This document shows, piece after piece, positions 8,729-17,409 of a DNA stretch of 64,000 nt. Position 1 is the stretch's first letter, and every line of letters begins with the position of its first letter. The position numbers and the translations under genes are program-made. Origin of the DNA: Candidatus Daviesbacteria bacterium (GTDB taxonomy: Bacteria; Patescibacteriota; Microgenomatia; Daviesbacterales; UBA10151); assembly GCA_030699125.1 (NCBI GenBank), contig JAUYKM010000009.1, forward strand, positions 6,358 to 70,357, in the 5' to 3' direction. Below the pieces are notes generated by a model. That model saw nothing but the letters and a program-made list of their open reading frames with translations. It had not been told where the DNA came from and ran no database searches.

Positions 8729-8757
8729 AATTTATCAGCAAAATCAAGCCTTGTCAA
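8729..8757 (-). promoter_or_regulatory. sigma70 promoter of Phe unit
   Basis: TTGACA-N17-TAAATT with an extended TG, 7 nt before the leader ATG. Confidence 0.75.
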
Positions 8758-8778
8758 GAGTAAAGTTTTACTGCTATT

Positions 8779-10128
8779 ATGCAAGATATGCAGAATCGCA
8801 CGTTAATTTTGGATTGTAAAGAAAAAATTGGTCAAGATGTAGTCATCTGTGGATTTGTTCAAGTCAGACGTGACCATGGAAAAATTTTATTTCTTGATGT
8901 TGCTGATAGATCTGGAATTATTCAGGTCGTTTTAGGTGGAGGTAAGGGAACTGATTTAAGGCCTCAAGATGTAGTTAAAATTTCTGGCAAGGTTAATAAA
9001 AGACCAGAACATATGGTCAACAAAAATATCCCCACTGGTGAAATAGAAATTTATTCGGAAAAGTTGGAAGTTTTATCAAAAGCGCAGGAATTGCCATTTG
9101 ACATGGGAGGAAAAGATTTAGATCTACAACTCCCAACACTTTTAGATTTCAGGTCCTTAACTTTACGTCACCCAAAAGTTAAAGCAATTTTTAAAGTTCA
9201 AGCTGCAATTTTGGATGGATTCAGAAAAGCCGCAAAAGATTTAGGGTGTACAGAAATTATAGCCCCTACTATTGTGGCCGGGGCCACAGAAGGAGGAGCA
9301 GAGGTTTTCAAAATTGATTATTTTGAACACAAAGCTTATCTTTCCCAGTCCCCTCAACTTTATAAACAAATGTTAGTTCCTGTATATGAGCGGGTTTTCA
9401 CAATAGCCAAAGCTTATAGAGCTGAACCTTCTGTTACAACAAGACATCTAACAGAAGCAACTCAAATGGATGTGGAAATGGGTTTTGTGGAATTTGAAGA
9501 TTTGCTGGATGGTCTGGAGGGAGTTGCTACCAAGATGTTAAAAATAGCAGAAGAAGAGCAATCGGAAGATTTAAAAGAATTCGGTGTTGAAAAAATTGCT
9601 TTTGGCGGAATTCCAAGACTGACATTAAGAGAAGCTCAGGAGGTAATAAAAAAAGAATTTGGACGGGATAATACCAAAGAGAAGGATTTAACTCCGCAAG
9701 ATGAAACAGATCTTTGTAAGTGGGCTTTACTAAAACATAAATCTGACTTTGTAACAGTGACTCATTTTCCAACTTCTGCTAAGCCGTTTTATACAAAACC
9801 AGATCCAAAGGATCCGGAGTATTCGCTTAGTTATGACTTACTTTTTAGAGGAGTGGAAATTTTAAGTGGTAGTCAGCGTATTAATGATTATCAGCAACTT
9901 TTGGATAGTATAAAAAAACGTGGAATGAATCCTGAAAATTTTGAAATGTATCTACAAGCTTTTAAGTATGGTATGCCTCCAGAAGGTGGATTTTCTTTCG
10001 GATTAGAAAGAGTCACCATGCATGTTTTAGGCTTGGCAAATATTAGACAAGCATCTCTTTTTCCCAGAGATATGGAAAGAGTGGATATAAGATTAACTCA
10101 AAACTCAAAACTCAAAACTCAAAAGTGA
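8779..10128 (+). CDS. aspS: aspartate--tRNA ligase, short archaeal-type (probably non-discriminating)
   Basis: OB-fold RDHGK, TEGGAEVF, LSQSPQLYKQ, YRAEPS, GMPPEGGFSFGLER, LFPRD; no GAD insert. Confidence 0.93.
   Translation: MQDMQNRTLILDCKEKIGQDVVICGFVQVRRDHGKILFLDVADRSGIIQVVLGGGKGTDLRPQDVVKISGKVNKRPEHMVNKNIPTGEIEIYSEKLEVLSKAQELPFDMGGKDLDLQLPTLLDFRSLTLRHPKVKAIFKVQAAILDGFRKAAKDLGCTEIIAPTIVAGATEGGAEVFKIDYFEHKAYLSQSPQLYKQMLVPVYERVFTIAKAYRAEPSVTTRHLTEATQMDVEMGFVEFEDLLDGLEGVATKMLKIAEEEQSEDLKEFGVEKIAFGGIPRLTLREAQEVIKKEFGRDNTKEKDLTPQDETDLCKWALLKHKSDFVTVTHFPTSAKPFYTKPDPKDPEYSLSYDLLFRGVEILSGSQRINDYQQLLDSIKKRGMNPENFEMYLQAFKYGMPPEGGFSFGLERVTMHVLGLANIRQASLFPRDMERVDIRLTQNSKLKTQK
10095..10122 (+). repeat. 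heptamer tandem repeat (aactcaa)x4 at the aspS 3' end
   Basis: Four exact copies encoding TQNSKLKTQK. Confidence 0.9.
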
Positions 10129-11045
10129 GAACCTACCTTTATTCTACTGGATTAATTTTGATAGCCATTATTATTATCCTCACCATCCCTGTGGTAGTCA
10201 ATCTGACAGAAGAAACTTTAATCAGTTTTCAGATTCCCAAGAATAATTCTGCAGTTGCCGGCATTCAAAAATTTAATACTCTGCCCGTATCTCAAAATTT
10301 GCCTTTCCCTCAAAGTAGTGCTCGGGCAATTTTGATAAAAGATTTAGCAACAGACAGCATTCTATACCAGAAGGATATCAATATTCCTTTGCCACCTGCT
10401 TCTACTACTAAGGTGATGACAGCCTTGGTGGCTTCTGAATATTTTAAACCTAACTCAGTTTTAACTGTGATGGATGGAGCCCAAATTGATGGTTCTAAGG
10501 TGGGTTTATTTGAAGGAGAAGACTTAAATTTCAGATCGCTTCTTTATGGGATGTTACTTTCTTCAGGTAATGATGCAGCCTTTACCATTGCTGAAAACTA
10601 TCCGGGTGGAATTTTGGGATTTATCTCTTCCATGAATAAAAAAGCAGCTGGCCTTGATTTAAAAAACACTCATTTTGATAATCCGGCAGGTTTTGATAGC
10701 CCCAATCAATATTCCTCAGCTTCGGATTTAGCCAAAATTACCCAAGCTGCCTTGAAAGATTCTCAACTTGCCCGGATTTTTGCCACCAAAGAAACAGAAA
10801 TTGTTTCATTAGATAAAAAATATAATCATACATTGGTTAATTTAAATAGACTGCTGTCTCAAGTAAAAGGGGTATTGGGTGTAAAAACCGGCAAAACTGA
10901 AGCTGCCAAAGAAAATCTGATTACTTTGGTGGAAAGAGAAAAACATCCAATTTTGGTAGTGATATTGGGAAGCGATGATAGATTTGGTGAATCAACAAAT
11001 ATTATTGAATGGACGTATTCTAATTATCTTTGGCCAGATCCTTAA
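10125..11045 (+). CDS. D-alanyl-D-alanine carboxypeptidase (peptidase S11)
   Basis: PASTTK (SxxK), SGND (SxN) and KTG motifs; N-terminal TM. Confidence 0.92.
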   Translation: MRTYLYSTGLILIAIIIILTIPVVVNLTEETLISFQIPKNNSAVAGIQKFNTLPVSQNLPFPQSSARAILIKDLATDSILYQKDINIPLPPASTTKVMTALVASEYFKPNSVLTVMDGAQIDGSKVGLFEGEDLNFRSLLYGMLLSSGNDAAFTIAENYPGGILGFISSMNKKAAGLDLKNTHFDNPAGFDSPNQYSSASDLAKITQAALKDSQLARIFATKETEIVSLDKKYNHTLVNLNRLLSQVKGVLGVKTGKTEAAKENLITLVEREKHPILVVILGSDDRFGESTNIIEWTYSNYLWPDP

Positions 11046-11046
11046 T

Positions 11047-12036
11047 TTAATCTTGGATAGCTGAAACATAAGAAACAAATTGAGGACCCTCAAATATATA
11101 AATCGGCAAAAGATACGCCGAATATTCATCAGTTAAATAATATCCCAATGAGACGGAAGTGATTGAGACTTGCGACTTGTCCGGTTCAATAACCACTACC
11201 CCTCTTCCTAATTTTAAATCTTCAAACGCTTGTTGAGGAAGTTTAGTCGGGTATGTGGCAAAAGTTGTTTCATCAATTTGCCAGGTAATTAAGTTTATAG
11301 AAAGATAATTTGCCAGTTCCCGGGCAGATCCTTTGACAGTAGCATTTACCAAGGATTTATTAAAATCCGGAGTATAAATTGTTCTTCCATCAATAGCGTT
11401 AGGCCATAAAGAGATTTGGGCATGGTCGGCCTCATTTTTTAAAGCAATTACTTTTGCCTCCTCTCCAATATTTTGGTTGGGAGTATCAAGACTATTAAGC
11501 ATTTTTTTAAAATCGTTTATTAGTTGTTCATCCGGATCCAATCCCTCACTATCTTCAGGCAAGATATTATTGGTAAATTTAAAATTTCCGCTATCCAGAT
11601 CAACTGTTAATGTTTTCCCCAAATCCTCAAAACGATACTGAGTTTCAGATAAAATTTGAGGCTCAGAGACAATATTTAATTTTTGAGCCAAAAATTTGCT
11701 TTTATCCGGAGCAAGCAAAGTGGCATAAGGCTTGGGAATAAAAAAAACCTTAATCAGTTTATCAAATCCTGGATCCTCTCCTAGAGTGGGTAAGTTGCCG
11801 GTGACAGTATCTATGGAATAGCTAAAATTGGAACTGGAAACTGAGGCTTTAGGAAAATTTGGCTCTGGTAGTTTCCCAAAAAGCAGATCTGCTTTTTCTT
11901 CTGGTGGGAGAATTTGGGAAATATTATAATTGGTCCAAATTCGGTAACCTAAAAAGCCTGAAATGGCCAGGATTAAAAAGATAATAGAAAAAAATATCAG
12001 CTGTTTAACTATAATGGCAGTTTGAGTTAGAGTCAC
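11047..12036 (-). CDS. membrane-anchored hypothetical protein
   Basis: 329-aa ORF with one N-terminal TM helix. Confidence 0.75.
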   Translation of the reverse strand: MTLTQTAIIVKQLIFFSIIFLILAISGFLGYRIWTNYNISQILPPEEKADLLFGKLPEPNFPKASVSSSNFSYSIDTVTGNLPTLGEDPGFDKLIKVFFIPKPYATLLAPDKSKFLAQKLNIVSEPQILSETQYRFEDLGKTLTVDLDSGNFKFTNNILPEDSEGLDPDEQLINDFKKMLNSLDTPNQNIGEEAKVIALKNEADHAQISLWPNAIDGRTIYTPDFNKSLVNATVKGSARELANYLSINLITWQIDETTFATYPTKLPQQAFEDLKLGRGVVVIEPDKSQVSITSVSLGYYLTDEYSAYLLPIYIFEGPQFVSYVSAIQD

Positions 12037-12061
12037 ACATCAATTATACTATTCCCATCAT

Positions 12062-13369
12062 ATGGAAGTTAGAGTCAGATTGGCGCCATCACCAACCGGT
12101 TCACCTCACATTGGCACTGCCTGGCAGGCGCTTTTTGATTATGTCTTTGCCAAAAAAATGAGTGGTAAGTTTATTTTAAGGCTTGAGGATACTGATCAGG
12201 CAAGATATGTTCCCGAGTCTGAAAAAGAAATTTATGAAACCTTAAAATGGTTAGGCTTTGAATATGATGAAGGACCGAATATAGGAGGACAATTTGGACC
12301 TTATAAACAATCGGAAAGATTAGAAATTTATAAAAAATATGCAGAAGAATTAAAGGAGAAAAATTTAACCTTAGAAGATGAAGGAGCCATCAGGTTTAAA
12401 ACTAAAAAGATAGGAGAAACTAAATGGCATGATCTGGTGGGGGATAAAGATATTATTTTTCCCAATAACACCCAGGAAGATTTTGTGATTATAAAATCAG
12501 ATAGTTACCCCACCTATAATTTTGCCAATGTAGTAGATGATCATCTAATGGAAATAACTCACGTTATTCGCGGCAATGAATTTATATCTTCCACCCCCAA
12601 ACATCTGATGTTATATCAAGCTTTTGGTTGGACTCCACCCCAGTTTGCCCACTTACCTGTCTTGGTGGGAGCCGATCGGGCCAAACTTTCCAAAAGACAT
12701 GGGGCTAAAGGAGCTTTGGAGTATAAAAAAGATGGATATCTAAAAGAGGCCATTATCAATTTTTTAGCCCTGTTGGGTTGGTCTCATCCTGAGGAAAAAG
12801 AAATTTTTTCTTTGGAGGAAATGATTAAAGTATTTGATTTTAAACAATTTAACCCATCCTCTGCTTTCTTTGATGAAACAAAATTGGAATGGCTTAATGG
12901 TGAATACATTAGGAATATGTCTAATGAGGAACTAGAGAAGAGATTGGATGATTTTTTAGTAGACCATCCTGCCAAAGGAAAATTAAAATCGGTTATTCCT
13001 CTTGTTAAAGATAGAATAAAAAAATTATCAGATTTCGTACCCTTAACTGACTTTTTGTGGGAGAGTCCTGAATATGATAGAGAAATATTTGAAAGTTTAA
13101 AAATTCAAGATTTAAGATTAATGATGGATAAAGTTATTCAAGAGCTGGAAAATATGCAAAAACCTTGGAATGCCAAAAATTTTGAGCAAGTTTTCAGAAA
13201 ACTGGCAGAGCAAGAAAAAATCTCAGTAACTCAGATGTTTCAACTGCTCCGGGTGGCCATTTCTGGCCAATTGGTTACTCCGCCCCTTTTTGAAAGTATC
13301 CAAATTCTAAAGGAAGAAGAGACTATAAACAGGGTAAAAGAAGCTATAGGGTTTGTTACTTCTTCCTAA
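12062..13369 (+). CDS. gltX: glutamate--tRNA ligase
   Basis: RLAPSPTG, HIGT (HIGH), LRLEDTD, THVIRG and KLSKR motifs. Confidence 0.96.
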   Translation: MEVRVRLAPSPTGSPHIGTAWQALFDYVFAKKMSGKFILRLEDTDQARYVPESEKEIYETLKWLGFEYDEGPNIGGQFGPYKQSERLEIYKKYAEELKEKNLTLEDEGAIRFKTKKIGETKWHDLVGDKDIIFPNNTQEDFVIIKSDSYPTYNFANVVDDHLMEITHVIRGNEFISSTPKHLMLYQAFGWTPPQFAHLPVLVGADRAKLSKRHGAKGALEYKKDGYLKEAIINFLALLGWSHPEEKEIFSLEEMIKVFDFKQFNPSSAFFDETKLEWLNGEYIRNMSNEELEKRLDDFLVDHPAKGKLKSVIPLVKDRIKKLSDFVPLTDFLWESPEYDREIFESLKIQDLRLMMDKVIQELENMQKPWNAKNFEQVFRKLAEQEKISVTQMFQLLRVAISGQLVTPPLFESIQILKEEETINRVKEAIGFVTSS

Positions 13370-13400
13370 ATTTGCTATTTTGTGGTAGAATTGTTCCAAT

Positions 13401-13754
13401 ATGGAAGACGGACGTTGGCTTAGATTTTTAACTATCGGTCTTGTACTGACAGCCCTGGTAGTGGGGTATTTTATTGTCACCGGCAGATTTTCTGCCAGAC
13501 AGGAGAACGTGGTTGAGGAGCAGCAACAAACAGAAGTCGCTCAAACTGAAAATGCTGAAGAAGAGGTTTTGGGAGAGGATGCGCAAGTGTCTCAAGCATC
13601 TCCTACTCCCAAATCTGCATATGATGCAATTGCCCAAAGATCCAAAGGCGGGGTGGAGGAATTGCCAAAAACAGGATTCCCTCTATATCTTTGGAGCGTA
13701 ATTTCCGTATCAGCCCTCATTGCCGGCTGGGGCCTCCGCAAATTCCCTAATTAA
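13401..13754 (+). CDS. small surface protein with LPxTG-type sorting signal
   Basis: N-terminal TM, acidic linker, then LPKTG, a hydrophobic segment and an RK tail. Confidence 0.7.
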   Translation: MEDGRWLRFLTIGLVLTALVVGYFIVTGRFSARQENVVEEQQQTEVAQTENAEEEVLGEDAQVSQASPTPKSAYDAIAQRSKGGVEELPKTGFPLYLWSVISVSALIAGWGLRKFPN

Positions 13755-13795
13755 AATATCAGTTAGTTCTGGTCGATTATATTGGAAATTATTAT

Positions 13796-14020
13796 TTAGG
13801 GATTATTTAAGATATTTCCAGTAACTGAATAAATTAACTTAATTTGGATAATCAATAAAACTACAGTAACTACAAGAAAAATTAAAGCATATTTTGACCA
13901 GTGAAACTTTTTCTTAAAAATATCAATTACTATACTTATTATTAACATAATTACACTCAAAGGTATTGCCCAAGGTGTTATATGGGAAAGTATTATGGTA
14001 ACTGATAATGGAATATCTAT
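13796..14020 (-). pseudogene. small membrane protein with ATA in place of the expected start
   Basis: Open frame IDIPLSVTIILSHITPWAIPLSVIMLIISIVIDIFKKKFHWSKYALIFLVVTVVLLIIQIKLIYSVTGNILNNP*; ATA lies 8 nt after TATAAT. Confidence 0.45.
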
Positions 14021-14072
14021 TTGAATTTATTATACCAGAAGTTCTAAATTTTTTGTGCTAAAATTGACACAT

Positions 14073-14146
14073 TGCGGGATCGTCTAATGGTAGGACAACA
14101 GGCTCTGAACCTGTTTATCTTGGTCCGAATCCAAGTCCCGCAGCCA
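14073..14146 (+). tRNA. tRNA-Gln(CTG)
   Basis: Acceptor tgcggga/tcccgca, anticodon arm acagg-ctCTGaa-cctgt, encoded CCA. Confidence 0.96.
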
Positions 14147-14327
14147 AGATTACGAAATCCTGATGTTTCAAGCTAACCAACACCCGGTGTTGACAAAAGT
14201 GTTGACAAAATCATCTTATGACACACATGGTATGTAATTTTAATGGTGTGGGTTAATATACCCAGTAATTTTTGCAAAAGGATTGAATTTGCCACCTGAA
14301 ATTATGAAGTTATGATACACTGGACAA

Positions 14328-14642
14328 GTGATAAATCCAGAAATAGCTAATAAGTGGATTTTGAGAACAAGAAAAGGATTTGATGTGACTATAGACTCTA
14401 GGGATAGTATGGAAGGCCTATCTTGGGATATATTACGAAAATGGCAAAAAGAATTTCAAGAGGATTTTTGCAAAGATTGCATAAATTTCGACTTAGATAG
14501 ACAATATTTTATTAACAAAGACCACCCAAATAATCTACAGGATTGTATTTCTCATTGGACAGATATTGTTGGGGTATGTTGGAATTTTAAACACCGGGTA
14601 ACCGGGGAAAGCATTGATCAACTATTACGGAGTTTTAAATAA
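14328..14642 (+). CDS. hypothetical protein with Cys motifs (CKDC...C...C)
   Basis: 104-aa ORF; TACACT 6 nt before the GTG; terminator downstream. Confidence 0.6.
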   Translation: MINPEIANKWILRTRKGFDVTIDSRDSMEGLSWDILRKWQKEFQEDFCKDCINFDLDRQYFINKDHPNNLQDCISHWTDIVGVCWNFKHRVTGESIDQLLRSFK

Positions 14643-14661
14643 TCTAAATCTATCAACCCAC

Positions 14662-14690
14662 AAAAAAACTCGCGCGAGGCGAGTTTTCTT
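14662..14690. terminator. bidirectional intrinsic terminator
   Basis: aaaactcgc-gcgag-gcgagtttt flanked by A and T tracts. Confidence 0.8.
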
Positions 14691-14805
14691 GCAAACTTGC
14701 TATTATACAAGCAACAAAATTTATAACAGAATGAAATTTTCCCGTCAAGTATAACAAACCGGATCATCTATTTACTATTGGGTTTTTACTATTTAAAATG
14801 AGTCT

Positions 14806-15261
14806 ATGGTGGTTTATCTGGCAACAGATCATGCAGGGCTTGAATTAAAAGAAAAAGTTAAAAAATTTCTGCAAGATTCAGGGTATGAAGTGGTAGATTG
14901 TGGTGCACATCAGCTTGATCCAGAAGATGATTACCCTGATTTTATCTCCAAAGCTGCCGAAGCCGTTTCTAAAAATCCGGATTCTAAGGCCATAATCTTG
15001 GGAGGTTCAGGCCAGGGAGAAGCAATGGTTGCCAATAAATTCTCAGAAGTGAGGGCTGTTGTTTATTATGGTGGACAACTGGAGATGCCAGAATTAACCC
15101 GTCAACATAATGATGCCAATATTTTATCATTGGGAGCCAGATTTGTTACGGAAGAAGATGCCCTGAAAGCTGTTAAATTATTTTTGGATACTTCTTTTAC
15201 CAATGAAGAAAGACACATCAGAAGAATTAAGAAGATTAAAAAAATAGAAGAGTCTCACTAA
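14806..15261 (+). CDS. rpiB: ribose-5-phosphate isomerase B
   Basis: DHAG, DDYPD, GGSGQGEAMVANK, RQHNDANILSLGAR and RHIRRI motifs. Confidence 0.95.
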   Translation: MVVYLATDHAGLELKEKVKKFLQDSGYEVVDCGAHQLDPEDDYPDFISKAAEAVSKNPDSKAIILGGSGQGEAMVANKFSEVRAVVYYGGQLEMPELTRQHNDANILSLGARFVTEEDALKAVKLFLDTSFTNEERHIRRIKKIKKIEESH

Positions 15262-15908
15262 TGGTTCAAATCTTACCCACGATATTTGCTAAAACTGAAG
15301 AAGATTACAAGAAACAAATCCATCAGGTAGAATTAAGCGGTGCCTTTAAAGATGGATGGGTTCAAATTGACCTGATGGACAATAAATTTGTTCCCAACTT
15401 AAGTATTGATCTTGATATAGTGGCAAAATACCCTATTAATTCACGAAAGGAAGCACAACTTATGGTGGCAGAGCCCCAAAATTGGATTGACAGATTAGCT
15501 ATATTAGGATTTGTGAGAATTATTTTTCCAATTGAAATAGGAAATACTGACCAACTGATAGAAAAAATAACAGTTCATCAAATTCAGGTAGGCTTATCAA
15601 TTAATCCTGATACTGATGTTGATAAACTGTTTGAGTTTCTTGATAAAATAAACTTAGTGTTGGTAATGGGAGTTCACCCGGGTTTTCAAGGCCAGAAGTT
15701 CATACCGGAAACTTTAGATAAAATTAGAAAGCTGGCAGATTTAAAATCAAAATATAATTTTCTAATTGGAGAAGATGGGGGAATCAACCCTGAGACAGTG
15801 AAGGGTTTAGTAGAAGCAGGAGTGGATAATTTAGCAGTGGGCTCGTATCTTTTTAAAGGGGACATTAATGAAAATTTAGAGAATTTATGGGGAGTAATTA
15901 ATGGATAA
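15261..15908 (+). CDS. rpe: ribulose-phosphate 3-epimerase (divergent)
   Basis: DLMDNKFVPN, MGVHPGFQGQKF and EDGGIN motifs; pentose-phosphate context. Confidence 0.88.
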   Translation: MVQILPTIFAKTEEDYKKQIHQVELSGAFKDGWVQIDLMDNKFVPNLSIDLDIVAKYPINSRKEAQLMVAEPQNWIDRLAILGFVRIIFPIEIGNTDQLIEKITVHQIQVGLSINPDTDVDKLFEFLDKINLVLVMGVHPGFQGQKFIPETLDKIRKLADLKSKYNFLIGEDGGINPETVKGLVEAGVDNLAVGSYLFKGDINENLENLWGVING

Positions 15909-16548
15909 TCAAAATAGTTTGAAAGCAGAAAGTATAAGTAGAGTGGCTATTTTTGGCTATGCTGATGCCAAAGAAGGAGATGAACTTTTTACTTCGGTGG
16001 TGGAGGTGACCAAAGCGCTGGCTCAGACCGGCTATATCGTGGTGGACGGAGGAGGACCGGGAGTAATGATGGCTGCCTCAAGAGGAGCAAAACTGGGCGG
16101 AGGAAAGGTGATTGGGGTGACTTTTTATCCCAAAACCGCTATGAATTTTGAAGGTAGAGATCCCAAAAATGAAATTGATGAGGAGGTAATAACCCACTCT
16201 TATGTTGAAAGAACCTTGCGGCTTTTAGAAAGAGGACAAACTTTTGTTATTTTTAATGGAGGCACCGGGACCATTTCGGAATTTGGTATGGCCTGGGGAT
16301 TGGCCAGATTATATTTTGGTCATCATAAACCGCTAATTTTATATGGACAATTTTGGCCCCAGGTTATAGAAACTCTTAAGAAAAATATGAAAATCAGAGA
16401 AGAGGAACTCATGGTTTTTAAATATGCCAATTCCCCTCAGGAAGTGCTAAGTGCTATAGTAGAATTTGAAAGAGAAATTAAACAGGGAATTCATAAACAT
16501 TTAAGAATTGTGGGGGATACCCAAGGGGAAGGGTCCTTTACCCTGTAA
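15901..16548 (+). CDS. LOG family protein
   Basis: GGGPGVMMAA and GGTGTISE motifs. Confidence 0.85.
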   Translation: MDNQNSLKAESISRVAIFGYADAKEGDELFTSVVEVTKALAQTGYIVVDGGGPGVMMAASRGAKLGGGKVIGVTFYPKTAMNFEGRDPKNEIDEEVITHSYVERTLRLLERGQTFVIFNGGTGTISEFGMAWGLARLYFGHHKPLILYGQFWPQVIETLKKNMKIREEELMVFKYANSPQEVLSAIVEFEREIKQGIHKHLRIVGDTQGEGSFTL

Positions 16549-16551
16549 CTT

Positions 16552-17409
16552 ATGTCAATTACTGCCCAAGATATTCATAAATTAGAAGAGAAGGCCGTTT
16601 TAATCCGGGAGGATATCATCAGGATGCTTCTGGAAGCTGGATCAGGTCATAGCGCCGGACCTTTAGGCATGGCTGATGTTTTCACTGCTTTATATTTTAA
16701 TATCTTAAAACATGACTCGGCCAAGCCGGATTGGGAGGAGCGGGATATGCTGGTATTATCCAACGGCCATATTTGTCCGGTTTGGTATGCCACCCTGGCT
16801 CACGCCGGTTATTTCCCTATTACGGAACTAAAAACATTGAGAAAGCTGGGTACTAGGCTGCAAGGACATCCTCACAGAGGGGCTTTACCTGGAGTAGAAA
16901 CAACTTCAGGTCCTCTCGGCAGTGGATTATCTCAAGCTTGCGGAATGGCTCTGGGACTGAGGATGGATAACTCCAGAAGATGGGTTTATTGTTTAATGTC
17001 TGACGGAGAGCAGGATGCCGGAAATACCTGGGAAGCAGTTTTATTTGCAGGAAAATATAAACTAAATAATTTAACTGCCATTATGGATAGAAATAATATC
17101 CAAATAGATGGGTTTACAGAGGATATTATGCCTTTGGAACCGATTAAAGAAAAATATGAGGCCTTTGGCTGGCATGTTCTGGAAATAGACGGACACAATA
17201 TGGAGGCTATTATTAATGCCTGCAATGAAGCCAAAGCTATTGTGGAAAAGCCGGTTTTAATCATTGCCCACACCATCCCAGGTAAAGGAGTTGATTTTAT
17301 GGAATATAAATTTGAATGGCATGGTAAACCACCGAATGCAGAAGAGGCCAAAAAAGCTTTATCAGAGTTAAGAACCCTGCAAGGTAAGATTAGGAGCGAG
17401 CATGAGTGA
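16552..17409 (+). CDS. transketolase, N-terminal subunit
   Basis: GSGH, LSNGH, LQGHP, TPP motif SDGEQDAG...N and WHGK. Confidence 0.95.
   Translation: MSITAQDIHKLEEKAVLIREDIIRMLLEAGSGHSAGPLGMADVFTALYFNILKHDSAKPDWEERDMLVLSNGHICPVWYATLAHAGYFPITELKTLRKLGTRLQGHPHRGALPGVETTSGPLGSGLSQACGMALGLRMDNSRRWVYCLMSDGEQDAGNTWEAVLFAGKYKLNNLTAIMDRNNIQIDGFTEDIMPLEPIKEKYEAFGWHVLEIDGHNMEAIINACNEAKAIVEKPVLIIAHTIPGKGVDFMEYKFEWHGKPPNAEEAKKALSELRTLQGKIRSEHE

Noticed and set aside
7447-8757. Leaders as T-box riboswitches
   Set aside because: No T-box consensus (AGGGTGGNACCGCG-like) and too short for stem I; amino-acid-rich ORFs overlapping the pairing segments fit peptide attenuation better.
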